DNA of 64,000 nt from Lingula anatina (GCA_051362555.1 CM120647.1:6882001-6946000); one strand, 5' to 3'; shown: positions 1-12,093, numbered from the stretch's first letter. Numbers and translations: made by a program. Notes: generated by a model not told the origin, from the letters alone.

Positions 1-203
1 AAGTACCTTGCATATTAAAAAATCGCCTAAAGGCTTTGTGTTCTGTTATTACATCATATGGGCATACATATGAATCATGGTGGTTATGCATAATAAAACA
101 AAACGCGCCAATAAAAAAAAACAAGCTACAACCAAGCTATCGTACGGCTGACATAAACCACGTACAGGAAGTCATGGTAAAAGCCTTACAGATAGTGCAT
201 CTC

Positions 204-344
204 TGCCCTCTACCAGGGCCACAGATTGCTTTTCACAAGATATTAAGAGATATATGTCTCTGGTTAAATAGATGGCTAATCTGTGTACTGTCGCCTCAGC
301 AATAATTGTCAACAGAATAGTATCTGCTGCCCTGGTAGATGGTA
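204..344. mobile_element. MITE family Q (TACCCTCTACCAGGG TIR, 9-bp TSD), copy 1
   Basis: Imperfect TIRs; flanks gtgcatctc / gtgtatctt. Other copies at about 1110-1236, 3297-3422, 3472-3608 and 43210-43299. Confidence 0.75.
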
Positions 345-584
345 GTGTATCTTTGGCGTATAGTTTTGTGCTGCAGTAACTTGAAAATAAAAGCTACGCC
401 TGGATTGTGACTATTTACAGACAGGCCCCAGGTTAAAAAAAAAATAATAATAAAAACTTAAGTCAGTTCTGGTGGTTAACATCTTTGTTACCAACGTTGC
501 ACATCCGTTTACTTTCTTATATATGTTCATCTTAGGATGCTTGGAGATGGACCGGTTTAGGCATTTCAGATTTCCAGTTGAGCT

Positions 585-752
585 TAGGGGCGGATTTAGG
601 GCGTCTTCTGAGTCTTCCGGAAGACGGTCAGATTTTCAAGTTTACATTGACGGGTATCTAATTTTTTCTGTCGGAAGACGGTCAAAAATGGTGGATGTAT
701 CAACAAAGATAAGTTGGAAGACTGTCAGAAAATATCTCTGGATCCGCCCCTG
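585..752. mobile_element. MITE with YAGGGGCGGAT termini and 5-bp TSD (hAT5-like)
   Basis: TSD GAGCT; an inverted close copy lies at 3808-3975. Confidence 0.8.
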
Positions 753-1109
753 GAGCTACCTACGTGAGGTGTACATGCTAGCCCTATATCGTGTTAATGA
801 CACAGTCTCTATGCTGTTTCTTGTGTATAGTCAACTGAAAAAGTTTAAAGGTCCACTGTTCAGTTAAAGACACCTCCCCCTTTGACATCCCTGGCCACAG
901 AGTTTACATTATTCATGGCGTAGTTTTTATCAGTGATAGATAGGACTTGGGGGGGGGGGGGGGAGAAAGAATTCTGCCTTTAGGTAGCGTAAAGGTATTG
1001 TCAGTAAAGGTGCCAATTAATGATGATACGCATCTTGATTAACTCGCGTGTGTAGCACTCCACAAAATGCGATTCTCAGATTCACATCAGTGACACTGGA
1101 CTTTTTGTG

Positions 1110-1236
1110 TGCCTTCTATACCAGGGCCGCAGAATAATTGTGTCTCCAACGCGAGAAATGTGCCCTGAATTAACCATGCAGAGACGTATCTGTGAATATC
1201 TCGTGAAAAATTAATCTGGGGCCCTGGTAGAGGATA
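1110..1236. mobile_element. MITE family Q, diverged copy
   Basis: taccagggccgc...aatctggggccctggtagagg, internally similar to 3472-3608. Confidence 0.65.
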
Positions 1237-2396
1237 AATTTTATGCAATATTTGCTTTTAATCGCATTATTCTTAGTTGCCCCGTTATTTGCTCTGCGCT
1301 AGTAGCAAATGCACCCCCCACACACACACACACCGAGATTAAAAAAAAAAAAAGAAATAATTTTTAATATTAATATTGTGTTAATCCTTAAAGATCCCAA
1401 AAATATAGACCGATTTTCCGGTCTAACATTGAAAGACACGGATATAATACGGTAGTTCATATATATATTTAGCCGACCAATTTTGATATTTTTAGGTACC
1501 ATGCAGTTAGCATTTTTTGAGGCACGAGACAGGGAGAGGGTGGGGGGCATTCCACCACGGTCGTCCCATGACGTCAGCTCCCGTTTACCGGTAAGTAATC
1601 CGGTTTAAGACACACCTTGTCAGTCCACAGAGGTCATTTCGGTTTTTAACCGAATAGAGTGTGAACACACCCGGTTGTAGTGTATTCATACACAATCAAT
1701 GCGCTCATTCAGCGCTCACTGTATATGACGTAAACCGAGAGCGAGAGAAGCTGGCCTCACTAGGCTAGACCATACCTTGACCAGTTGACCTCTGGCCAGT
1801 ATTTATCCTGCTCACCAGACCAGTCATAATTTCAATAGGGCGCAAACAGCAAAGCTATTGTGTTTCGGAGAGCGGGCGGTGCGTTTACAGGCAAGTGTAT
1901 TAAAGGCGGCCATGATTTGGCATGGTTGTTGTAGCAAATGGCGTTCATATATATCTTGAAGGTAAATGAGCTACGGGAGATATTTCACAGTCAGAAATAT
2001 GTTGACATGTCTCTATTTTGATTGGAACTGAAGCGGGTAGCAGATATACTTAGAGGTACGTTTGCCGCTTTGATTGAGGATCAAATATGCAGTGGCTTTG
2101 GGAAGAGTGACCAGTGTCCATTCTTATCGATTTAAGGCTCGCAACCCATGCCCTGAGTGTATATATTAAACACATATCTAGATAAGGGCTATTGCGATAT
2201 GATACATTTAGTCATACCCATCTAGTTGGTCTAAGATTAACTTCCTACGGCCAGTAGTGTTATTTGCTCATATACCAGTTGGGTAAATATTAAAAGGGTT
2301 CAAGAGAACCAAGTGCGCACGATCGACTTAGAGATGAGTGAACCCGCTGCGCCATAGATCGATATTCCAGGCCCAGGTTGATAGGGTAAATCAATA

Positions 2397-2568
2397 CTGG
2401 GGTAGCGCTAGCACTCGCCAATTTAGCCAAATGCTAAAACTGACTTAAATTGGCTAAACAAAAATGACTTGATTTGATGAATTTTAGTCAAATTAAAACC
2501 ATTTCACAACAAATTGACAAAAAAGTGATGATTTGGCTAAGCGAAAAAAATTGCTAGCGCTACCCCAG
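2397..2568. mobile_element. MITE with CTGGGGTAGCGCTAGCA TIRs
   Basis: Perfect 17-bp TIR, CAATA on both flanks; inverted copy at 23982-24155 in PFK intron 2. Confidence 0.8.
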
Positions 2569-3296
2569 CAATATATTCGACTGATGGCGAGTGTATTAGA
2601 CTGGTTTCTGGTCTACATCAGTCACCGAGGACGTGTAGTACTTTATAGGGACCCCACCCCCTTGTAGTACATAATTCGTTTTAATGTGTTCTTTAGTACC
2701 TCGTTCCTATCACTGCCCCCACTCCCCTGATGAAATCTTGACTTTAGGCAAACATAAAATTGGCAGGCGAATACCAGCTTGTTTTTTTTCTATAGCTTTT
2801 GACAATTACAATGATGAATGGGTCCAAGGTACTACACAATGAAACTTCACAGGTATTTGTGTAGTGTTTTGTACGTTTTGTAAGAAGTTGTTTTCCTACG
2901 ATATGTGTACACAACAACGGGCTTCAGGGACACGGTAAATACTGGAAATACTGCAGTATATTTATGGTTTATGATTATTTAATGTAAGGCAGTTGTGTAT
3001 GGACTTCAGAGAGAGAGAGAGAATGATTCGAAGTATCCTAGTGGAGTGTCTATCCCAAGCCATATACAGTAACCAGCTGACGCTCATTCCCTGCTAAAGG
3101 CTCTGTAACCCCTAAAGCGTCAAGACGCACGTATGAGAATCGTACGTGACAACGATTGTACGCACAATTTTGAGATCGAAATAGCCCTGTTTCCAGCATT
3201 TTAAAATGAAGATACAAGCAGTGCGTGAAATTGATTTTGAACATACGCATACGACGTAATCCTAACGAACTCCCCCCCCCCCCCACCCCGTTTGTC

Positions 3297-3422
3297 TACC
3301 CTCTACCAGGGTAGCAGATACTATAGGCAAATTTTCCAGAGAACCACATGACCGTCTGTTTATCCAAAGACACATCTGTGAATATCCTATGAAAGATCAA
3401 TCTGTCGCCTTGGTAGAAAGTA
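3297..3422. mobile_element. MITE family Q copy
   Basis: TACCCTCTACCAGGG...ccttggtagaaagta; flanks ccgtttgtc / gcgtttgcc. Confidence 0.75.
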
Positions 3423-3471
3423 GCGTTTGCCTGCGTGTGAATAATTTTTTCTTTTTCGCTAGGCGTGACAG

Positions 3472-3608
3472 TACCCTCTACCAGGGCCGCGGTTATTATT
3501 GTGGACATTTATTTTGCTGAGGCATCAGACCAAAATGACTGTCTATTTATCTAGAGGCATAGCTGTGAATATTTGTGAAAAATCAATCTGTCGCCCTGGT
3601 AGAGGGTA
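3472..3608. mobile_element. MITE family Q copy
   Basis: Perfect TIRs TACCCTCTACCAGGGC / GCCCTGGTAGAGGGTA; flanks gcgtgacag / gtgtgacag. Confidence 0.85.
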
Positions 3609-3807
3609 GTGTGACAGTGCCTTAAAAAGTGGCTGCTCGTCAACCCAGTACCTTTAAGGTACAGGGAGCTAGGCGCCATCCGTATCGGGTCGTTGCTGTT
3701 TTATATTAAATCAGCATCATGAAGTCCAGTATGAGATACATATAATCTATTCCTTGCATTTTGTCTTATCTAAAGTGCTCTTGCATTCTTATTTTATGTG
3801 TCAAGAT

Positions 3808-3975
3808 CAGGAGCGGATTCAGAGATATTTTCTGACAGTCTTCCAAATTATCTTTGTTGCTCCATTCTTCATTTTTGACCGTCTTCCGACAGAAAAAATT
3901 AGATACCCGTGAATGTAAACTTGAAATTCTGACCGTCTTCCGGAAGACCCAGAAGACGCCCTGAATCCGCCCCTG
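3808..3975. mobile_element. Second copy (opposite orientation) of the 585-752 MITE
   Basis: TSD AAGAT; reverse complement of 585-752 over most of its length. Confidence 0.8.
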
Positions 3976-3984
3976 AAGATGGCT

Positions 3985-4147
3985 GGTGAGACAGGAATGG
4001 CCGTCCTAGGAAGTATGGGGTCCCATGTGAGAATTACAGGTTAGGGTTAGTGGAAGTATTGGGGTTAGTGTATGGGACGAATGTCACCTGTACAGAGTAA
4101 TGGGAATGGACTACGGTTTCTAGTGGACTACCATTCCTGTCACACCC
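3985..4147. mobile_element. MITE with GGTGTGACAGGAATGG-type TIRs and internal GGTTAGGG motif
   Basis: TIR pair; homologous copy at about 54382-54562. Confidence 0.7.
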
Positions 4148-4315
4148 GCAAGGACTTTTGGAGAGGAACTTCTTAAATTCCTGCAAATCGAAACTGAGCT
4201 ATGATCGTATTTCTAACATGTAGCACGTGTCACCGTGACTCAGATAGGATATAAACAGATTATAAAGCAGCATTTTTAACTGGGCAAGGCAGCGTTCATT
4301 TGACACTATGTTCAC

Positions 4316-4352
<37 letters not shown>

Positions 4353-4470
4353 TGTGCGCACGCGTGTGTGTGAGAGAGAGAGAGCATAATACAACCCAAC
4401 ATAGGCCTATCACTTATGGCCCATAGGAATAAAAGAACAGGGAGCAGAGGGTACCCCCGAGGCTAAGAAG

Positions 4471-4503
<33 letters not shown>

Positions 4504-4897
4504 GGTGTGGAGGGGGGGGGGGGTGTCGAAAGGGGGGGGGGAGAGAATACCAACCGTGGCTGTTGTCCGCTAGTTCCGCCTGGGTTAGTCAATTAAGATG
4601 CCCACTCTTATTTTCGTCGCCAAACCTTAGGGTAATTTAAGTATCTGCGCGATCTCTCATTTGACAGTGAATTATGATGACATACTAGAAACATTATCCC
4701 GACCACAGACAGTGTTTATTGTAGCGAAAATGATCTCCGTTGTGATTACGTACAATACTCCTACTGTACTGATGACAACTAAAGCTAAGATGAAACCGAA
4801 CATAAGACAGTTAGAGCATCGCCTTTGGTATAGAAAGTGGTTATTGTAGCGAAAATCATCTCTGATGTAATCATTTTTATGTAGAACACATATATCC

Positions 4898-5194
4898 CAG
4901 GGGAGGGTCCAGAATTATTTGAAAGAGGGGGGGGGGGGGTCCGGAACGACAGGCCTCGGATGTAAAACTGACCATCGCCCCCTTGGTGCGGGTTTCGCGG
5001 CCCCAAAAATTTTTCGGTGTTTGGGAGAGCAAACAGTGCCCTTTGCTACGGTTTAGAACTATGATTTAGCTAGTCAAAATTCTAATTTCATGAGGGGAAT
5101 ATTCATAGTATTACTGTGATATATTTTTCAGAAACTGAAGGGGGGGGGGGGGGGGGTCAGGACCACTTGACCCCCCCTTCTAAATCCACCACTG
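4898..5194. mobile_element. CAGGGG-terminus non-autonomous element with 5-bp TSD
   Basis: caggggagggtccag...taaatccaccactg flanked by TATCC on both sides; internal poly-G tracts. Confidence 0.7.
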
Positions 5195-5286
5195 TATCCA
5201 TATCAACTAGGGCTAAAAGGAAACCTAAAATCTAATATAAGACAGTAGGAACATTGCCTATGCCACGAAAGTATGCATGTTTGTTT

Positions 5287-5535
5287 GGGGCCGTAGCAAT
5301 ATTCCGAAGGTTCAATAGTCCGAAGGTTCATTGGTCCGAATGTTCACTATAGAACCTTTCGACCAATAAACCCTTTATTAAAAAAAAAAAAAAAACGATA
5401 AAAATGTTACCATTTTTCGGACCAATGAATCTTCGGACCAATGAACCTTCGGACCAATGAACCCTTGATTAAAAAAGCGATGAAAATGTTACCATTTTTC
5501 GGACCAATGAACCTTCGGACTATCGAGACGCCCCC
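5287..5535. mobile_element. MITE with GGGG termini, subterminal TCCGAAGGTTCA repeats, 8-bp TSD
   Basis: TSD GTTTGTTT; a shorter near-identical copy lies at 38253-38426. Confidence 0.85.
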
Positions 5536-6681
5536 GTTTGTTTACTCAAACTTTATGACGGCGGTACTAATGGAAGTACAAACATCTTATGACATTTGTC
5601 CTCAATAGTACAGTGGTGAAACTGATAAGCCCTTTGTTTTCGAACCCAAGGATTACATCTCCTTGACAGAACGTGACTCGTTTGCTTGTCCATTAACCAA
5701 AATGGCGAAGCCGGTTTTTCTTGTTGAATTTTCGGGCAGATAATAAAATTATAATAACAATTATAATAATAATGATAAAAGTTAATTCAGTAAAATGCAA
5801 TCCAAGGATGAAGTTTTTCAATGTTAAAGGAAAATTTAACTGAAATTAGCTACGCTAAAATCTTACAAATAAATTGTTCTTAATAAATGAACATTAAGGG
5901 ACTTTAAAAAGGGACATGTATACCTCATCCTTTCTATACGACAAGAACAGATTAGCCTATATATATAAAATATCGCGCCATGTGTTTTGAGCACTGCATC
6001 ACGAACTCTAAAGAACAAAGCTGATTTGAGCCTTCGAGGAAGTCGGGCTTTATATTGACGTAGGCTTTATCACTCCAGTAATACCGTTGCGTCAATGAAA
6101 AATAAGATGTTCAACATGCGATTTACATTGTTCTGGAGTACTTAAATGGTCTCATCCTGATAGTACCAGTATGGTATATATATATATATAAGATCCAATA
6201 ATTGTATTTATATGATTATACGTGAGCATTCATATTATCATCCCTCTCAATTTCATGAGTATGGTGTGACTCGTGAACAAATTATGGGTATTCACAATTT
6301 GTCCATGCGTGACTAGGTCAGTAAAAGCCACCTACTTTAACGAGATTGTATTTTATCTTTGAGAAGTGTGTGCTATATATAACACACCCATACACTGGTA
6401 CTTTTGTGTGTAATTTTCCACCAGTGTAAATACCTGACGCCTTAAATTGTTTGTATCTGAATGTAAAATAGAAAATGCCTGGCAGTGTTAAGTGTTGACG
6501 TAGTTTTACAAAGATCCGGGTTGTCTGATGCCTGTGTGATATAAGTCGGTAATAGTTCCAAGAAAAAGTCGTTGTCTGAAAAGAGTAACGTCAAGGTAAA
6601 ACATGGCGAAAATATGAAATCATTAAAGGACACTTTATCATTCCAAATTATACCTGTGCATGGTCCTCAAACTGTGGAACA

Positions 6682-6730
<49 letters not shown>

Positions 6731-6746
6731 CACACGAGGACACTTA

Positions 6747-7015
6747 GGCTTCGTTCACATGCAATGTCTATTTTCTATTTTCTATTTTCTATTTTCGGTA
6801 TGTCTTATGATCACGGTCTGTGCACTGAATATCCCGCCGCGTAATTACTGGCAGCGCGAGCCAGTTACTTATAGTAACTTATAGTAACTTATAGTAACTG
6901 GCTCGCGCTGCCAGTAATTACGCCGCGGGATATTCAGTGCACAGACCGTGATCATAAGACATACCGAAAATAGAAAATAGAAAATAGAAAATAGACATTG
7001 CATGTGAACGAAGCC
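6747..7015. mobile_element. Near-perfect 269-bp palindromic Harbinger/Tourist-like MITE, TTA TSD
   Basis: Arms of about 120 bp are almost perfectly complementary (GGCTTCGTTCACATGCAATGTCT...AGACATTGCATGTGAACGAAGCC). The centre is (TTATAGTAAC)x3. TTA at 6744-46 and 7016-18. Confidence 0.9.
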
Positions 7016-7653
7016 TTAGAGGCCTCTGAGAAAAGAAAAGAATCCTTAAAAATTTGTTGGGGATAAACTATAATTTTATATCTATAGCGACGAGATAAGC
7101 GCGACGTCATTATAGCCATTATATCGATATCTTTAAATCTGTTTTTAAACAATAGCTGTAAGTACAGGTGATTTGTTTACTGAAACTGCAGACCTTTTTA
7201 TCGCGAATCCCACGTTCATTGATATTACCTAGGTCAAATTTTGCTTCAAAGGGGCCATTTATTTACCCACACTCCTCATTTCAGGTAATTTATTTCAAAC
7301 ATCGAAATATAATTAAAATAATATCCATATGTACAAATGTAATGAAAGATGACTTCTGTGCTATGCGGATCTTATCAGTTTTAAATTCCTTTTGTTCTAT
7401 AACACCTGTTAACCCGATCCTTTTACCACTGAACCGACTTAGTTGTGTTTTATGCCCATATGTCTCACGACCAACATACACGCGGAGTCTAATCATTCTG
7501 TAATACTGATTACTATTACATATGCCACTGTATTTTATAAGATGAACATCCCCCCCCCCCCCATTTTCTGCGTATCCAATATGTTTGGTGGGTAAAATGA
7601 GCCTGGTACTTGCTATGAGTATTTCTTTTCGGTTAAACTTCTTCCTCACCTTC

Positions 7654-7693
<40 letters not shown>

Positions 7694-8689
7694 GTACCAC
7701 CAGCGTTAGCGCTGGCGGTACACATGGTTTTAGTCCCGTCCGGTCCGTTCCGCCGGCTCCTGCGGCTCCGCCGGCTCCGCCGCCATGTTACCGTTACCGC
7801 TTCTCCTCCTAGACGGTAAGGGCCCCCATACCCATCTCTTGGATTTAGGTCACCTATAATCTCAACTCGTTCCACGTAAAATTTGGGCTTTGTCGGTATT
7901 GGGGTCTAGGTGTGGCATTCATTGCAATGCACCCTTGTCCAAAAATGGCAAAATTAAATGCTAATTATCTACCCTACGGAAGGAATTATGGGAAAAATTT
8001 CTACAGACGGCTTTCCAAAAATCATATGTGTAGATTTCAAATATGCCCTTGGATTTGACCTTTGACCTTTATTTCAAGGTCAAACAGGCCAAATTTTTCA
8101 AAAAAATGAATTTTTTTACGAAAAAAAAATTATTTGCGCTGTTATTCAGACACCACACAGACTTAACCAATAATATTACTGGAAAATGATACCCTTCAGG
8201 TCATCTTTCATCTCCGTGAATTTGGGGTCAATCGGTGCATTTTAACGGGAGTAGCGGCCATAAGATACCGAAACTGAAAACTGTCTCTAATTCGGGGACC
8301 GTTAATGCTAGAGACCCATTCTTTTTTGCATTTTGTAGAGCATGTAAAGCCCAACACTGAAGGTGGTCTCCGTTTTTTTGTATTCCATACGGTTTTCGAG
8401 CTACGCTGTGTCAAAAAGTACATATTGGTGGTGAAAGCAAAATGTGCAGTACGGTAATGGATAATAAATTTTGAACTCTGGAAAAATAAAACATAAGGCT
8501 TGGCAAAGCAGACAACTTGTGGTCAAAAATGACATTATTTCATCAAATTTAAACTTCTGGAACTTCAGAGCACCTCCCATTTCAAGAATTTCGACCAAAA
8601 TGACCTTTTCTTTATTTTAATTAATTTTTTCTGTAGGAAATTTATGGCACATTAAGGTAACTCCAAAATTATAACATTTAGTCCCTTAT

Positions 8690-11250
8690 ATCTCCAAAAC
8701 TGGCAGAGATAGGTCCATAGTTACTATTGAAGTTGAAGGTCCATAGTTACTATTGAAGTTGAATAGGAAGTCATATACTGGCAATCTAAATGTGACCTTG
8801 AAATTGACCTTTGACCTACTTTTCACCATGAATTGAACTTTGCAAATTTTGCTTCCCTTTTATCTCCAAAACTGGCAGAGATAGGTCCATAGTTTCTATT
8901 GAACTTGAATAGGAAGTCATATACTGGCAATCTAAATGTGACCTTGAAATTGACCTTTGACCTACTTTTCACCATGAACTGAACTTTGCAAATTTTGCTT
9001 CCCTTTTATCTCCAAAACTGGCAGAGATAGGTCCATAGTTACTATTGAAGTTGAAGAGGAAGTCATATACTGGCAATCTAAATGTGACCTTGAAATTGAC
9101 CTTTGACCTACTTTTCACTATGAACTGAACTCTGCTAATTTCTTTCTCTTTTAACTCCAAACCTGGCAGAGATAGGTCCATAGTTACTATTGAAGTTGAA
9201 TAGGAAGTCATATACTGGCAATCTAAATGTGACCTTGAAATTGACCTTTGACCTACTTTTCACTATGAACTGAACTCTGCTAAATTCTTTCTCTTTTAAC
9301 TCCAAACCTGGCAGAGATAGGTCCATAGTTACTATTGAAGTTAAATAGGAAGTCATATACTGGCAATCTAAATGTGACCTTGAAATTGACCTTTGACCTA
9401 CTTTTCACCATGAATTAAACTTTGCAAATTTTGCTTCCCTTTTATCTCCAAAACTGGCAGAGATAGGTCCATAGCTTCTATTGAACTTGAATATGAAGTC
9501 ATATACTGGCAATCTAAATGTGACCTTGAAATTGACCTTTGACCTACTTTTCACCATGAACTGAACTTTGCAAATTTTGGTTCCCTTTTATCTCCAAAAC
9601 TGGCAGAGATAGGTCCATAGTTACTATTGAAGTTGAATAGGAAGTCATATACTGGCAATCTAAATGTGACCTTGAAATTGACCTTTGACCTACTTTTCAC
9701 CATGAATTAAACTTTGCAAATTTTGCTTCCCTTTTATCTGCAAAACTGGCAGAGATAGGTCCATAGCTTCTATTGAACTTGAATATGAAGTCATATACTG
9801 GCAATCTAAATGTGACCTTGAAATTGACCTTTGACCTACTTTTCACCATGAACTGAACTTTGCAAATTTTGCTTCCCTTTTATCTCCAAAACTGGCAGAG
9901 ATAGGTCCATAGTTACTATTGAAGTTGAATAGGAAGTCATATACTGGCAATCTAAATGTGACCTTGAAATTGACCTTTGACCTACTTTTCACCATGAACT
10001 GAACTCTGCTAATTTCTTTCTCTTTTAACTCCAAACCTGGCAGAGATAGGTCCATAGTTACTATTGAAGTTGAATAGGAAATCATATACTGGCAATCTAA
10101 ATTCGACCTTGAAATTGATCTTTGACCTACTTTTTATCATGAATTGAACTTTGCAAATTTTGGTTCCCTTTTATCTCCAAAACTGGCAGAGATAGGTCCA
10201 TAATTACTATTGAACTTGAATAGGAAGTCATATACTGGCAATCTTACTGTGACCTTGAAATTGACCTTTGACCTACTTTTCACCATGAACTGAACTTTGC
10301 AAATTTTGCTTCCCTTTTATCTCCAAAACTGGCAGAGATAGGTCCATAGTTTTTATTTGACTTGAATAGGAAGTCATATACTGGCACATATTGGTGGTGA
10401 AAGCAAAATGTGGAGTACGGTAATGGATAATAAATTGTGAACTTCGGAAAAATAAAACATAAGGCTTGGCAAAGCAGACAACTTGTGGTCAAAAATGACA
10501 TTATTTCATCAAATTTGAACATCTGGAACTTCAGAGCACCTCTTATTTCAAGAATTTTGACCAAAATGACCTTTTCTTTATTTTAATTAATTTTTTCTGT
10601 AGGAAATTTATGGCACATTATGGTAACTCCAAAATTAAAACATATAGTCCCTTATATCTCCAAAACTGGCAGAGATAGGTCCATAGTTACTATTGAAGTT
10701 GAATAGGAAGTCATATACTGGCAATCTAAATGTGACCTTGAAATTGACCTTTGACCTACTTTTCACCATGAACTGAACTTTGCATATTTTTTTTCCCTTT
10801 TATCTACAAAACTGGCAGAGATAGGTCCAAAGTTTTTATTGAACTTGAATAGGAAGTCAGAGATAGGTCCATAGTTTCTATTGAACTTGCATGGAAAGTC
10901 ATATACTGGCAATCTAAGTGTGACCTTGAAATTGACCTTTGACCTACTTTTTATCATGAATTGAATTTTGCAAATTTTGGTTCCCTTTTATCTCCAAAAC
11001 TGGCAGAGATAGGTCCATAGTTTCTATTGAACTTGCATGGAAAGTCATATACTGGCAATCTAAATGTGACCTTGAAATTGACCTTTGACCTACTTTTCAC
11101 TATGAACTGAACTTTGCAAATTTCTTTCTCTTTTAACTCCAAACCTGGCAGAGATAGGTCCATAGTTACCATTAAAGTTGAATATGAAGTCATATACTGG
11201 CAATTTACTGTGACCTTGAAATTGACCTTTGACCTACCTTACGATGAACT
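8690..11250. repeat. Tandem array of about 15 units of 145-146 bp inside Helentron copy 1, interrupted at about 10386-10660
   Basis: TGGCAGAGATAGGTCCATA recurs at 8701, 8873, 9019, 9164, 9309, 9455, 9601, 9747, 9893, 10038, 10184, 10330 and again after 10660. Confidence 0.95.
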
Positions 11251-11341
11251 TAACTTTGATTGTACCATTTTAAGTTATATTTATTTTTTTGCATATTTTG
11301 AAAATTCTTGTTGATTGCATTTTTACAGCTTGTCAAGCATA

Positions 11342-11625
11342 CCCGCACGAAAACGCAGTAGATGCTCCAGCGCAGTAGACTACTGCAATCATACTGCAAA
11401 TATGCCTCAAATCTGCTTCGCATTGGGAGCTAATTAGCATATTTGAAACATGCTTCTATCATGCTGCTAATCTACTGCATTAATGCTCCTCCTCTGTACA
11501 TCCCTATGTAATTTTTGAAGTAGAAATGCAGTAGGCTATACTGCATTTCTACTGCAAATATGCTCCACACCACTACTGCGTTAATGCTTCTTTGCTACTT
11601 CGATACTACTGCATTTTTGTGCGGG
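11342..11625. mobile_element. MITE with CCCGCAC termini and TA TSD nested in Helentron copy 1
   Basis: TIRs CCCGCACGAAAACGCAGTAG / CTACTGCATTTTTGTGCGGG flanked by TA. Helentron copy 2 shows the empty site (tgtcaagcacaagactgg at about 37034). Confidence 0.85.
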
Positions 11626-11736
11626 TAAGACTGGTGGCTGTGTCCCTTCTTTTGTGTATGTGGGGGTCTATACGAATGCACTTGCTCCAGCTGGTGGTAC
11701 AATATTCGGAGGCGGTATCGCCTCTCTGATCCTCTA

Positions 11737-11768
<32 letters not shown>

Positions 11769-12093
11769 ACACGTACGGAATACTTGAATCTGTATGTAAA
11801 CGTATTTCGATATGGCCATCATAAGGACCCGCATTGCTAATCACAATCTCCATATGTTGTCAACCAGTATGGCTCCTGAATAGCCCGATTTTGTCTTATT
11901 ACAATACTAGACTGAGCTAGTGCACATGCATAGAGATAAATAATTAAAGTACTTGTGGATATATACACGCATCTTAGGTGTAAAAACAACTAGGTTGCTT
12001 AATTATTTAGCTGTTTTTGCTTCCAAACGATTATCAACAGTGAGTGTAGACATATTATTTTGATTATCAATGGCAAAACTAGAACATCATCTA

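Larger units (their letters stand above)
7691..11738 (+). mobile_element. Non-autonomous Helentron/HINE-like element with central 145-146 bp tandem array (copy 1), inserted in an (ATT)n microsatellite
   Basis: 5' hairpin GTACCACCAGCG-ttag-CGCTGGCGGTAC followed by GTCC/CGGCTCC microrepeats. 15-bp subterminal IR (tattgtaccaccagc at 7690 / gctggtggtacaata at 11690). 3' stem-loop GAGGCG-gtat-CGCCTC, CTAGT end, no discrete TSD (flanks are (TTA)n). Both ends are shared with the copy at 34543-37148. Confidence 0.85.

Noticed and set aside
472-867. 131-aa ORF
   Set aside because: Largely a MITE (585-752), GTG start, no recognisable domain.
4039-4070. Interstitial telomere (GGTTAGGGTTAG)
   Set aside because: Only two units, and they are an internal part of a MITE also present at about 54445.
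8690-11250. CRISPR-like array, or repeated small ORFs (MTSYSTSIVTMDLSLPGL...)
   Set aside because: Units are contiguous near-identical monomers with no unique spacers and no cas genes, in a eukaryotic context. Unit length 145/146 is not a multiple of 3, so the ORFs are by-products of the repeat.
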